Shown piece by piece: positions 12,540 through 26,324 of a stretch of 64,000 bases of DNA (position 1 is its first letter; each line of letters opens with the position of its first letter). The translations under genes were made by a program, and so were the position numbers. The DNA is taken from NCBI GenBank assembly GCA_951406725.2, contig OX597831.1, positions 24,428,001-24,492,000 of the forward strand, in the 5' to 3' direction. The stretch is from Octopus vulgaris. Its lineage: Eukaryota. The notes beneath the pieces were generated by a model, which was not told the origin of the DNA, did not search any database, and was given only the letters and a program-made list of their open reading frames with translations.

Positions 12540-12938
12540 TACTATGACATAGCTGCCTGACTGGTTCCCATGCTGGTGGCACACAATAAGCACCATTCGT
12601 GCCAGTGCCACCAGACTGGCTACCCATGCTGATGGCATGTAAAAAGCACCATCCAAACGTGGTTGATGCCAGCACCACTCTACTGTCCCTGAGCCAGTAG
12701 CATGTAAAAAGTACCACCCGAATGTGGTTGATGCCTGTGTCGCCTGACTGGTTCCCATGCCAGTGGCATGTAAAAAGCACCCACTATACTCTCGGAGTGG
12801 TTGACATTAGGAAGGGCATCCAGCTGTAGAAACATTGCTAGATCATATTGGAGCCTGGTGCGGCCTACTGGCTTGCCAGTCTCCAGTCAAACCCATGCCA
12901 GCATGGAAAACGGACGTTAAACAATGATGATGATGATG
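12540..12938 (+). mobile_element. Family C Meta-SINE with internal ~65-bp tandem units
   Basis: Repeated ACTGG..CCATGC..TGGCATGTAAAAAGCACC units, then Meta core and (GAT)n tail. Confidence 0.8.
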
Positions 12939-13334
12939 AAGAGTGGGGCAGAGCAAATTCCTGCAGAGAGATCTGCATGGCTACTAGGCTAAGTCTCAAG
13001 TTTGTAGATGACTGCCTCTTTTCCTGCCACTCATTATAGAAGTCCTGAAAATGGTTATGGGTACCACTTTTCTTCTTCAGACGAATTCATGTAAACAATA
13101 AAAAAAAAATAGATTGTGACAAAGTATAAGAGTAGAAAAATTGGTGAAGGCATGAATGTGAGAGAGAGAATAAGTGAGCAAAATGGAAAGTGAAAGTGTG
13201 TGTTTGAGGGAGAGAGAAAGAGATGATGATAAGAAAATAAGGGAAGAGAAAGGAAAAACTTTGAGAAGGAGGTGATGGGGAGAAAAAGAAGCTTGAGGGT
13301 TAGTGCACATGAATGAGCAGCATTAAGGACAGAA

Positions 13335-13393
13335 AGTGGTTAGGATTTCTGGCTTTCACCCAGGTGGCCCGGGTTCGATTCCTGGCATGGGAA
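13335..13393 (+). pseudogene. 5'-truncated tRNA-Glu(TTC) pseudogene
   Basis: AGTGGTTAGGATTTCTGGCTTTCACCCAGGTGGCCCGGGTTCGATTCCTGGCATGGGAA matches metazoan tRNA-Glu-TTC from the D-loop onward; 5' acceptor strand missing. Confidence 0.85.
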
Positions 13394-13945
13394 CACTTAC
13401 ATTTTAAACAGCAGTGCATCAGCATGGCCACAGCTCTGAGCTGAAACTAGAGAGAGAAAAGAAAAAAAAAAGCAAGATAAAATGAGAGTTTGATGATGTG
13501 ATAGAAAGACGACTGCTGTACTACAGGTGTTAGAGACAGCAAGAGAAGGTGGGTAATGAAAACAGGTAAAAGGTGATTAAGATATAAGCAAGAGCAAGAG
13601 CAACAGAGAAGAAGTGAAGTAGATACACATATATAGAGAGAGACAGAGGTGGGGGAGGGATAAAAGTATGAGGTAAATTAGGAAAATGGATTATCTTACT
13701 AAAGCAGAAATATATTATTACCTATCGGCAACTGTTTGGCTGTTTGTTAACTAATCTGTCATTTTGTCACATCTATTTTGTCCATCTTTATATGTATGCA
13801 TCTACGTGTTAGTCATCTCCTAGGTAGGATGTAAATTCGTAATTATACAAACATACAAGCGTAAATATAATTTCTCTTTATTCCTCTCAGGATATGGAAA
13901 ACAATATCCATTCACTACCTGTGAGAAACTTTTCCAGTTCGGATA

Positions 13946-13977
<32 letters not shown>

Positions 13978-14027
13978 TGCGCTCGGTAGTGAAGTGAAAG
14001 CACACTATAAAAATGAAACTACTGAAT

Positions 14028-14028
14028 G

Positions 14029-14107
<79 letters not shown>

Positions 14108-14135
14108 TAATAATAAGCATAATAATAATAATAAT
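14028..14135. repeat. (AAT)n microsatellite
   Basis: Direct reading. Confidence 0.95.
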
Positions 14136-14483
14136 GTTCAAAATATTTACACTACACAAACTTGGAAACTTCTAATTGGAAAGCACATTATTACCTTCAT
14201 CTAGTCTTATATAAAGAAATGAAATTTATCCCAAATGAAAATGGAAGCAGATATTATTATTACTATCAATTATTTGTATGTACTATTCCATTCTATTGCA
14301 AGTAAATAACACATTTTTTATTTTATAATCTACAAGTCTTAATGATACTTTTGGTTCATTCAGTGTGGAAAACCATTCTAACAATAAAATGAGCATTTAT
14401 AGGACACATTTGTTATAACATTTCAATTCATATTTAAAATTATCATTGCTATAATTATTATTATTATTATTATTATTATTATT

Positions 14484-15010
14484 GAGTGAAAGAGCAGTGC
14501 ATGCCATCAAAGTGACACTGGGGTAAAATATACATACAAAGCCCAGTATACCGATCAAGACTACCCGTCTGATTAGGGTACACCAGGCACATGCATCACA
14601 ACCATATGTGCATGACATGGTGAGGTGGGGCCCAGTTACAATTTTCTTCTGGTCGAGTGACTCATCCTGCTCAAAAGGTCCCTGAATAAGGGTTGTTTAA
14701 GGCTGTTGAACAAACCACCCATGTTTCCGAAGGTGAATTATCCAAACCTCTAAGAATTCCTCTCAGCACATGGCTATGATGCTCTCCCAGTACTTCTGGT
14801 TGTGATCAGAGATGCACATATCATCAGCCACTAAGGGACATGCTCTACTGTTTAAGGTCAAACAACTGACAAGCAAATATGTGGTACTGAGCAGAATATT
14901 TGCTGTAGTTCATCTTTTATACTAAGACAAAACAATGTAACATGATAACACTTCCGATCAGTTAAGATCAGAAGCCACGAGAGCCACTGCCTGGTACTGC
15001 ATCAGAGCAT
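14484..15010. mobile_element. (ATT)n-embedded ~550-bp repeat (family D)
   Basis: Same ends and body as 35717-36270; (ATT)n on both sides; ~40-bp internal deletion. Confidence 0.85.
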
Positions 15011-15047
15011 TTATTATTTATTATTATTATTATTATTGCTTCTACTA

Positions 15048-15430
15048 AGGTGATGAATGGCGAGCTGGCAGAATTGTTAGTGCACCAATCAAAATGCTTA
15101 GTTGCATTTCGTCCACCTTTATTTCTAAGAATTCAAATTCTGCTGAGGTCGACTTTGCCTCTCATCCTTTCGGGGTTGATAAAGTAAATACCAGTTGAGT
15201 ACTGGGGTGGATGTAAATGACTAGCAACCTCCCCAAAATATCAGGCCTTGTGCTGATATGACAGGCAAAATTCTTAGCAGTAGTTTGTTCATTTTTACAT
15301 TCTAAGTTCAAATTCTGTTGGGGTTGACTTTGCCTTTCATCCTTCCTGCATTGATAAAATAAGTACCAGTTGAGTACTTAGCCTCCCCCAACCCACAAAT
15401 TTGCTGGCCTTGTGCCTAAATTTGAAACCT
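15048..15430 (+). mobile_element. Two family B Nin-SINEs (tail type 2)
   Basis: Nin core twice; tails GGCCTTGTGC. Confidence 0.8.
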
Positions 15431-17114
15431 TTATTATTATTGCCATCACTATTTGTCATGGTTTGAGAAAATACATCAGGAGCCTTCCTTTGTTTTAAAT
15501 AAAAATTAGGTACAAATTCAGCTAGCATCCCAATGCACTCTTTTACCTATACAGTCATGCATGAACTTATTCTCTTTTTATGCTAGCTTACTGCACTCAA
15601 TCAAGCAGTGACTGATACTTTTGTCTCATTTCTTGCATGTTCTACATTTGCTGTCTGACTGAGTTTTGTCAAACTTTGTCTCTATCAGATTTGTTTTAAT
15701 GACGTATTTCTCAGCAGCCATAATTAGCACTTTGGTCATGTGTTTCAGGTAGCCTTCCATCAGCCAGAGCTAGCATTGTTGTTGTTATTATCGTTATGAT
15801 CATTGGGTACTTATTTTGCAAGTTAAATAGCTTTTTTATTGTATTATATTTGGCTGAAACTTTAGCACTGATTAAAATGAAAGCGTGAAGTTTAGAATTT
15901 AAAATTAGATTACTGGTTGCTGTGAGACATTAAGACAAAAGGTTGTGTCAGGTGGTGTTGTGTGTATATGTGCTTGTTCATTGTGATAATATCCATTGTT
16001 ACAGGTTGGAAATGTTTCTTATTGAATTGGCAGAAGACTAGTTGCCAGTATGAGATTCCTTTTAGAACAGTTGACTCAAGTACAGAGCTAGTATTTTCTT
16101 CCTTGACTCCGCAGGAGAAAAGTCCAGTTTAACCTCAGAAGAACATTTGAACTAAAGAAAAACATAAATACAGTAATCATTCAAATTTATACACTTAAAT
16201 CTCACATCTTACCACTTCTTTGAAACCCATTAGCTGTGGATTGTTGTTGATTTTCTGCAGGTCAGCCATAAAGCAAACAGATCTACATGATGTACCCATT
16301 TTATGGTTTTTTGGGGGGTTTTTTTTGGTGGGCAGGGATCTCAGATATAGTATATTTAGGACTACATTTTGTCTTTCATTTTCAAAGACAGCGAGGTACA
16401 GTTTGAGAGATTTATGTTTCTAACCGTTTGAGCATTGTCTCAATGCGGATATTTTACCAATGAGGTAAGGATTATTTGATTCCAGCAGCCAGATCCAATT
16501 AATTTTAATTAATGTCATAGTGTAGGCAGTTATAATACTGAAAAAAAACTTGATTAGAATTTCAATAGCTTTCAATTCACTGTTGAAGTTTCTCTGAGTG
16601 ATTGGAAGAGTCCACTTTCTTGAAGGGACCATTGATGACATTTACATTTGGATTATATAAATATCCATAGCAGGTAATTTTTGCAAGTGGGTAGAGGTAT
16701 TTGAGATATAGATATTTTGTCTTGCATATGGTGCATACGAACAGTTTGTTGTTTACCTTGTTCCATATAGACCCACTCACATATCTGTAACTCTAGAAAT
16801 AGGAAGGTTAACAGACAAAAAGAAAGGAAAGGAGGACTTTTGATCCAAGCAGACTTTTGATCAAAGATAAACTTGTATCGATGAGTGTGGTATGGTAATG
16901 ACTTTCAGCCTCTGGCCATTACTCACTGTACAAACTCTTGATCAGGGGTAAATTTCTGTAGGTTATAGTAACATGGTGATGTTTAATCTCATGAAAACCC
17001 TGATTGCAGAAAACTATGATCTTGGTTCCAGCCTTACCATCATTTTTGAGGGGTATGTAAGACTACATTATTAAATGTGTTCTTTCTATATTCAAGAGAG
17101 AATAGGGTGTAGAA

Positions 17115-17347
17115 AGGCAGCTAGCTGGCAGAAACATTAGCACACCAGGCAAAATGCATAGTGGTATTTTGTCTGATGTTATGTTAAGAGTTCAAATTCC
17201 ACCAAGGTTGACTTTGCCTTTCATCCTTTCGAGGTCAATAAATTAAATACCAGTTACGCACTGGTGTCAATGTAATCGATTTAACCCCTTTGTCTATCCT
17301 TGTTTGCCCCCTCTTTGTTTAGCCCCTTGTGAGCAATAAAGAAATAA
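17115..17347 (+). mobile_element. Family B Nin-SINE (tail type 1)
   Basis: TSD AGAATAGGGTGT (~17099, ~17348). Confidence 0.9.
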
Positions 17348-17545
17348 GAATAGGGTGTGATTTCAATGTGTTTGATTTTTCTGCCAGGCAAGTGTTCTAA
17401 CCAAATATAGATTCTCTCTTTAATTTAATGTTGTTGTTTAATTATCATTTAAACTGATAATATCCAACAAAAATATCCAGCCTTCTTTTATCTTCAAACT
17501 GACCAGATCTGGCCTCTTGCACTTCCACTACAATATTATTTATTC

Positions 17546-17840
17546 TGAGCTGGCAGACACATTAGCATGCTGGGCAAAATGCTTAACAGCATATTAGAAG
17601 CAATTATGCTGTGAAAGAAAGGTAACATAGCTCAGTGATTAATATTATATCTATCAATAAGGTGGCTAGCTGGTAGAATCATTAACATGAAAGGAACTCT
17701 TTACCTTCTGAGTTCAAATTCCACCAAGGTCGACTTTGCCTTTCATTCTTTCAGAGTCGATAAATTAAGTACCAGTTGTGTACTAATCGATTGGCCCCAC
17801 TCCCCAAAAATTTTGGGCCTTGTGCCTAGAGTATAAAAGA
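17546..17840 (+). mobile_element. Family B Nin-SINE with a templated insert
   Basis: TSD TTATTCTGA; 17592-17695 matches 20886-20989. Confidence 0.8.
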
Positions 17841-18717
17841 TTATTCTGAAAATAAATAACCACATCATTGAAACTTCAAAGCTACAAGGTAATATATGAT
17901 TAATTCAAACCAATGCGAATAAATAAATAACATATTTGACTGTGGAACCTGAATGGTAAACACTTAGACAACAACTGTCAGTGATCCATGTCTTTCCCCT
18001 CATTGAGGGTGGGCATATCAGCTATCAGTTCTTTGACTAGTAGACAGCATAGCAACTCTTTATCAATTAAAAAACAAAAAAAGGAGGAAAAGAAGAAACG
18101 ACCCTTTTTACCTTAATCTTACCATTAAAGGCTAGAATTGAACCTTGGACATTTTATCACTGCCAACATCAACTGCATACCTTAAGGTCACAATGACATT
18201 AGTAGCTGTAAGAACAATGAATGTCCCATTGAGAGATGTTTCCCTAGAAGTAAGTAGTCTCATTGTCATATAGATATAGCTTGATATATCATCACACACA
18301 CACACACACACAAGATGTTGAGCATGTATCTATGTACTACTCAGATAGCTATCTGAATACAAAGCACTATATACTAGCGGCTTTTGTCCTCCTTTCTCTT
18401 TTTTTTTTTTTTTTTTTGAGTTGCCAATCTTCATGCAGTGGACAATGGCAGTTGCTCACAATGGCTACACAAAATTGGTTGACAACTTATTGATTATCTA
18501 GTTTTAAGGCTAATCAATGTATGGAGGGGAAATAATATAAATACATGTGTATATAAATCAAAAGAAAAGACAAAAAGGAAGCTTGATTGATAAATTAATA
18601 TTGCACTTGGTGGCTGTTGCATGTTGTATGATTCTGCGTTGATTTGCATATCTTCTTCTTGTCTACTGCTCGCATCTCTTCCTCTTCTTATTTACACAAT
18701 GCTGCATATGCATGTGC

Positions 18718-18719
<2 letters not shown>

Positions 18720-18778
<59 letters not shown>

Positions 18779-18845
18779 CATATAAGAATCTTTAATCATC
18801 AATCTCTCAAATACGTGATTACACACTTGCACACACTCACACGTG

Positions 18846-18876
<31 letters not shown>

Positions 18877-18915
18877 GTATGTATATATGTATGTATATAT
18901 ATGTATATATATGTA

Positions 18916-18962
<47 letters not shown>

Positions 18963-19167
18963 ATATATATGTATATGTATATATATGTATATGTATACAT
19001 ATATGTATATAAATATGTATATGTATATAAATATGTATATTTGTGTATATATGTGTATATATGTATATGTATGTATATGTATATATATGTATATATATGT
19101 ATGTATATAAATGTATGTATATATATATGTATATATATATATATGTATGTATATAGATATATGTATG

Positions 19168-19223
<56 letters not shown>

Positions 19224-19400
19224 TATATGTATATATATATATATAGATATATGTATATATATATATATATATATAGATATATGTATATATATGTATGTAT
19301 ATAGATATATGTATATATATATATATAGATATATGTATATATATGTATGTATATAGATATATGTATATATATATATGTGTATGTATATATATATACTATA
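18720..19400. repeat. Compound (TA)/(TATG)/(TAGA) microsatellite
   Basis: Direct reading. Confidence 0.95.
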
Positions 19401-20102
19401 TGTACTAGCATGAAGAATGGACATTGATGATATACATGCATTTATGTACATACACATATTCATAACATATTCATACATCAATATATACATTAATATATGC
19501 CTTTATGCAGATATGCATACATTCATAAAGCACAGAAGAAAGATATGAATATTTTTGCCTGCAACATTTACATTTACCAGAAAAGGTTCTTCCTTCATTC
19601 GCATGCGTGCAACAATATGCACATACCTATATAGATAATATACTTGCTGACTTGTTACATCTAACAATGCGCACAATTTGAAGAAGATACCGCAATCCAC
19701 TTCATCTTAATCTTCTACTCACAAATGTTATCCACATGCTAACTGGATGTGTCATGTGAAATCTGCATTGCTGCTTTGAACTGACACCTGAAAAAGATTC
19801 TCCAATGGGGACTTGATAATCTTGTCCCCTTCATTAGAACAAAGACACGAAGTAGTTACTGCATAGATCAAGGGAACCATTTCCTGTTTCACTGCTTCTT
19901 GTGTTGGGGGACAATAAGAACTGAAGCCCTCAAAGTAGCTAAAAACGAAACACTAGGTTTCACCATTAGCAAATCACCAAGATCTATTCCTGCAGATCTC
20001 CCTTCTGTAATGTAACTAAATTTACACTCTAACGAATAGTCTACCTCTTCAGAGCCATAAAAATTCTCTCTGCCTCTCTGTTTCTCTGTCCTTCTGTTGT
20101 TT

Positions 20103-20149
<47 letters not shown>

Positions 20150-20215
20150 AATGTTGCTGACTCTGTGAAATTCATGTGAGGCCCACAGTGAAAATTGCTG
20201 TTGTTATATACACAG

Positions 20216-20632
20216 AGATGCTGGAGTGGTTGTGTGGTAAGTAGCTTGCTTACAAACCACATGGTTCCGGGTTCAGTCCTATTGTGTGGCACCTTGGGCA
20301 AGTGTCTTCCACTATAGCCTCGAGCTGACCAAAGCCTTTTGAGTGGATTTGGTAGATGGAAACTGAAAGAAGCCCGTCGTGTATATGTATATATATCTAT
20401 GTGTGTGTGCTTGTATGTCTGTGTTTGTCCCCCCCCCCCCAACATTGCTTGACAACCAATGCTGGTGTGTTTACATCTCTGTAACTTAGCGGTTCGGCAA
20501 AAGAGACTGATATAATAAGTAACTAGGCTTACAAAGAATTAAGTCCTGGGGTCATTTTGCTCGACTAAAAATGGTGCTCCAGCATGTTCACAGTCAAATG
20601 ACCGAAACAAGTAAAAGTGTAAAAGTGTAAAA
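20216..20632 (+). mobile_element. Family A CORE-like SINE
   Basis: Full length. Confidence 0.9.
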
Positions 20633-20954
20633 CAAACAAAAAAAAAAAAAAGACCATCTGAAACTGCATCCAAAAGGAAACCATATAGCTGATTGGTAAA
20701 GTGGTAAAAAAAAGTCACCAATCTCTATCCCACCATAGTGCCTCTGTTGCTACTAAACTTGCATGCCACCACATCCAGCTTACTCTGTACGCATACACAC
20801 TCACACAGAGGCACACACACACATGGAAAGCAGTCGTTAAGTTACTGCTCATAACATACATAATGCAACCAACATAAAAGAATTTTATTAGAAGCAATTA
20901 TGCTGCAAAAGAAAGATAACACTAGCTCAGTGATTGATATTATATCTATCAATA

Positions 20955-21404
20955 AGGCAGCTAGCTAGTAGAATCATTAACATGCAAGGGAAAATGCTTA
21001 GTGACATTTTGTACATCTTCCTATTCGGAGTTCAAATTCAACCAAAGTTGACTTTACTTTTTATCCTGTTTTGGGTTGATTAAATAGGTATCAGTTGAGC
21101 ATTGAGGTCGGTGTAATCAACTTAACTCCTCCTCGAAATTACTGGCCATGTGTGAAACTAATATTTATATCTATTTCTTTACTACCCACAAGGGGCTAAA
21201 CACAGAGAGGACAAACAAGGACAGACAAATAGATTAAGTCGATTATATCGACTCCAGTGCATAACTGGTACTTAATTTATCGACCCCAAAAGGATGAAAG
21301 GCAAAGTCGACCTCGGTGGAATTTGAACTCAGAACGTAACCGCAGACGAAATACCACTAAGCATTTCGCCCAGCGTGCTAACGGTTCTGCCAGCTCACCG
21401 CCTT
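20955..21404. mobile_element. Tail-to-tail pair of family B Nin-SINEs
   Basis: + copy 20955-21160 (older); - copy 21170-21404 (CpG-rich, younger). Confidence 0.85.
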
Positions 21405-21936
21405 ATATTTATATCTATCATTTCAACATGAATGAGACAACTGCAGGCATGTTTCTGACTTATTAGACTTCCTCAGTTATACACAGATTTCATCATACTT
21501 GAGAGAATCATTAACATTGTACACAAGTAGGTATGAAAAATTGCTATATCTAAGATAGAAATAAATCACAAGATTAATCTCAAAGAAATGTAATCCACAG
21601 GGAAAATAGTAAAGTCTGTGTTTGTCTTTTGTACAAAATTCAATACATTTAGTACTTCATTGCAGATACTATAGCTGTATGTGACTGAGAAATATAGGAT
21701 GCTAGTCTACTGTTTCATGGCACTATTTTTTAGGATGAGATGAAATGAAATATGCAGAATTTTATTTTCACTCTGTGAATACATAGGGTGACATAAGTTG
21801 ATAAAAATGGACAAACTACCACATTTGATAGTTAAGTATTTTATTTACATGGTTATTTTGCCTCTGAACGTCATTTTTATCATCTTTAGCTCCCTCCCCC
21901 TGGTCACATCCAGTGCACTTTTCTCTTAAGACTCCT

Positions 21937-22322
21937 GGGTGAAATGCTTAGCGGTATTTCGTCTGCCGTTATGTTCTGAGTTCAAATTCCGCTGAGGTCG
22001 ACTTTGCCTTTCATCCTTTCGGGGTTGATTAAATAAGTACCAGTTACGCACTGGGGTCGAAATAATCGACTTAATCCATTTGTCTGTCCTTGTTTGTACT
22101 CTGTGTGTTTAGCCCCTTGTCGGTAGTAAAGAAATAGGTATTTCGTCTGCTGCTATGTTCTGAGTTCAAATTCCGCCGAGGTCGACTTTGCCTTTCATCC
22201 TTTCGGGGTTGATTAAATAAGTACCAGTTACGCACTGGGGTCGATATACTCGACTTAATCCATATGTCTGTCCTTGTTTGTACTCTGTGTGTTTAGCCCC
22301 TTGTCGGTAGTAAAGAAATAGG
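21937..22322 (+). mobile_element. Tandem near-identical family B Nin-SINE dimer
   Basis: ~184-bp unit repeated with shared private variants (TTGTACTCTGTG, TTGTCGGTAG). Confidence 0.9.
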
Positions 22323-22622
22323 TAATTAATGGGAAAATGTCTATTACATTAATTAAATTATTTTGATATCTTTGGAAAACAATGATGTTGTTGGTAACAG
22401 TTTTCCAAAAGGCCAAGAAATTCACTGCATCTTTGATAATAAGAAAGATGAGAGGCTGTGTAACTCAATACAAAGGAGTTCTTTTAAAGATTATACTCTT
22501 TTGTTTACACGTTTACATTTCTTGCCGTCAGTAAATGATATAGAGACCTACATATATAGGTATACATGAATGCATACATGAATGTGTGTGTGTGTATGTA
22601 TATATATATATATATTTATATA

Positions 22623-22674
<52 letters not shown>

Positions 22675-24987
22675 GACATACATGAATTATACTACCAATT
22701 ATGTTATGTGTGTTTTGGTAGAGAGAGAGAGAGATTTGGCAGTAGATCATATATCGAAAGGTAAAAACCAATTAATAATTGTGTTTGTCAGGAGTGGGTG
22801 TGAGATGTTTGTCTAATCTAAATTCTTACATTGTAATCTGTGGCACACCCCAGAAAAAATTATGTTTTCCTTCAATACAGAACCACATTAATGTGGTAGA
22901 GACACAGAGGTCATTCTTCAGAAAATGCACAAGAAAAGAAAACAGAGATCAGCTAAAAACAACAGTTTCTCATAAGTTTTAAATTAGAAAGTGTCATTTT
23001 CTAAATTGTAAAAAAAAAAAAAAAAAAAAGAAAAAGAATCTTTCATTTGAAATCATTAAAATTCCCAAAGGTGATTCCAATTCATGTTAAACTATTGTAT
23101 CTGCTCTTATGAAGTTTGAACTCATAAATAACTTACGACAAACAACAAAGATAAATAAAACTTTATCATCTTGGGGACATTTTGATTCATTTAATGACGA
23201 ATGTATTAATATCCTAAGAGAATATTGAAGGTCATTCGATGATCATCTATAATCTATATAAGATGATGAATTGTTGAACACCAAAGAGGAACAGCAGCTA
23301 AACATGAACAGCTATTTTCTGGCTGCAACATTTGTATAGCTGATAAAAGCCAAATAGACAAGTGAAGTAAATTAGGTTCTGGCTTGCTAAAGCTGAGTAT
23401 GTATGTATGTGCCTGTATTCACATTGTATATATTTAAATGCTTATTATATGTAAGGCAAACAGTGTTTCACATTATTCGAATCAGTGTTTTTGTTCCACT
23501 GACCTTTTTGGTCAACTGTAGATGTTAGTGGGTTGAGAATAAATTATCACAAGCTGTTTAAATAGTGTGTGTCACTGTTTCAGGTAATTGCATGGTCTCT
23601 GACATTAATTACTATCTATCATTTTGTCAGAAGAAGGAGTTTGGGCATATGTGTAAAGGGTGAAAGAAGTTAATTTTTTGAAGAAAGGTGACAAATATAG
23701 TTCACCATCAGCTGTACCAGCATCAAGATCATTTTACATTCCTTTTTTATACTGGCAGGGATTAGATTTTTCAATAGTTTCTGAGCAAATTTATTTGGGT
23801 AATAGCCCTTGTACTTAAGTAGATGAGCCACCTCCTGGTCAGGTAGTTCAGTTTTGGCATGGTTTATAAAGTTTCATGGTTGGTGGGTTTTTTCTTAACT
23901 GTAGTCGCTTTACTGGGTGCTTTTATTTGTGGCACCAACACTAGAGAGGTCACCATGCCTTTGGCTAGACTCTTCCTGACTTTGAATTGCCTCTGCTTAA
24001 TTTGTCCACCAGTTTACAGAGTGCAGTGGATGCATTTTATTATTGCAGTGGCACTTGTGACTTCACCTTGTAACTCACAAGACTAAAGACCTTCCATAAC
24101 TGTAAATATATATCTGTGTGTCTTTGTGTCTGAGTTTGACCCCTCCCCCCCGCCCATCGCCCCATCACTTCTTGACAACTGGTGTTGGTATGTTTGCAAC
24201 AACCTTAACTTAGCAGTTCAGCATAAGAGATTAATAGAATAAGTACCAGGTTTGGAAAAAAAAATGAAGTACTAGTGGGGGGGGGGTTGATTCATTCGAC
24301 TAAAATATCAAGCTAGTGCCCCAGAATGGCCGCAGTTTAATGACTGAAGCAAGCCAAAGATAAAGGATATAAGAAATGCATAATGAAATGACAACAGAAA
24401 ACTAGAAAACTGCAAGACAGTATATCAATTGGTTTGGTCTACTGTGTCTCTTAAGCTCTATTCACCGTTCTAAAATATGATATCTTACAGCTTCACTACA
24501 TCAGTTTGCAGTAGCCTGCTAGAACTTAGGAAGAACACTGGCTAATTTGTAATATATATATATATTACTTTGTGTAATTTTCCTTAGACTGTCTTTATTG
24601 ACTAAACTGCCTACTGAGTTGTTAGTTCACATATAATATAGATTCTAATGCATGTTCATATAGGCACACATACAGACACACACACTCACACGTACATGCA
24701 TATATACCTTCATTCATGTACGCATGAATGCTTACAGACGTACAGTTGTTTCTCTAGTAGTAGTCTCTTTGTTTTTTCTGTATTGTTTTATATATTATTT
24801 AAAAAATATTATTTTTCATTTCTGTCCTCTGATGGATGCAGTGAACCATATGTCCAACAGAAGAAAAACTATAGAAGGGCTTATGTAATTGTGTTTACTT
24901 GTGACAAACATATGCAACATTTTTAATAACATGTATTGAATATTTTTTGTTCATTTGTAAACATAAGTGTTCACCTTTTCATAGATT

Positions 24988-25412
24988 GGCCTAGGAGTGG
25001 CTGTGTGGTAAGTAGCTTGCTTACCAACTACATGGTTCCGGGTTCAGTCCCACTGCATGGCACCTTGACCAAGTTTCTTCTACTATAGCTTCGGGCTGAC
25101 CAAAGCCTTGTGAGTGGATTTGGTAGACGGAAACTGAAAGAAGCCTGTCATGTATATATATATATATATGCGTGTGTGTATGTGTGTGTATATGTTTGTG
25201 TGTCTGTGTTTGTCCCCCACAACATCGCCTGACAACCTATGCTGGTGTGATTAGGTCCCTGTAACTTAACGGTTCTGCAAAAGTGACTGATAGAATAAGT
25301 ACTAGGCTTACAAAGAATAAGTCCTGGGGTCGATTTGCTCGACTAAAGACGGTGCTCCAGCATGGCCACAGTCAAATGACTGAAACAAATAAAAGCGTGA
25401 AAGAGAGTAAGG
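24988..25412 (+). mobile_element. Family A CORE-like SINE
   Basis: Full length. Confidence 0.9.
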
Positions 25413-26324
25413 AGTATGTGTGTGGGAATGATGTCTCTTTGTAGTTAACATTCTTTAGATATGTAGTTTTGTTCCCTTTTTTTTTGGTGGGGGGGGGGTT
25501 CAAGGTTCTTTGCCATTTTTTTCTTATTACCTGTAATCTTATTGTTGAAGAACGGAATGTGGAAAATAAGTAATAAATGAGAAAACAAGAATGGAGTCTG
25601 CTCCTAGAGCATGTAAGACTTTTCATTAGTGTCAAATGTCGGATACCTGGTGTCTAGGAAGTAGTTATTTAACAACTGGAAGATGAAGGGAAAGAAGATA
25701 AAAATTATATCATTACATTACTGATGGAATATGTCGATAATCATCGTGTGAGAAAATGATACTTTCATGATGATGATGATGATGATATAACTACTGTTAA
25801 TTAATACCATGTTATTATGAATGATATCGTGTAGTTATCAGCTACAAATTATTGCTATTATTGATGTGTTTATGATAATTAATTTACAAGGAATGAATCA
25901 CATTGTATTATAAAGTTGATTAACATGCATGGTAGTAATGATTAAGGTTGCAATATTTATGAGTGACATCCTGTTATCAGATCTGTGCAACGTCGTCCAT
26001 ACAGAAGACAGCAAACTATTTGCAAGTTCACTGTGGCATAACTAGAATTTGTGCAGCCAGCTCTGCAGAAATGTCTGGCAGACTAGTTTCATCACTCTGT
26101 GAACATCTCAGACAATCCCAGCTGACAGCATTACTATTTATGTAGAATTTATTCCAAACCACAAATGGTTGCTAATAGCTGTGACAAGCCAGGAATTTGT
26201 GGAAACTTTTCAGAGTACACAGGCTGAAAGTCATTCTAGAACAGTTTCTCCAGTTAGTCTTCATCAAAACCAAAAGATTTGCCAAGAATGCCATCACTCT
26301 TGCCTATTGCCTAAACCTCTAGAG

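Noticed and set aside
13335-13393. Functional tRNA-Glu gene
   Set aside because: The 5' acceptor strand and part of the A box are missing
16577-16780. KLFVCTICK, C2H2 zinc-finger-like
   Set aside because: No histidine ligands or tandem fingers
18599-18609. miR-92-like TATTGCACTTG
   Set aside because: Only 11 nt match and no precursor hairpin seen
18644-19490. Long ORFs rich in Y/I/H/T/C/V (also ~28600-29300, 30400-31000, 34400-34900, 44300-44800, 51700-52250, 55400-55900, 56700-57300)
   Set aside because: Translations of (TA)/(TG) microsatellites, not genes
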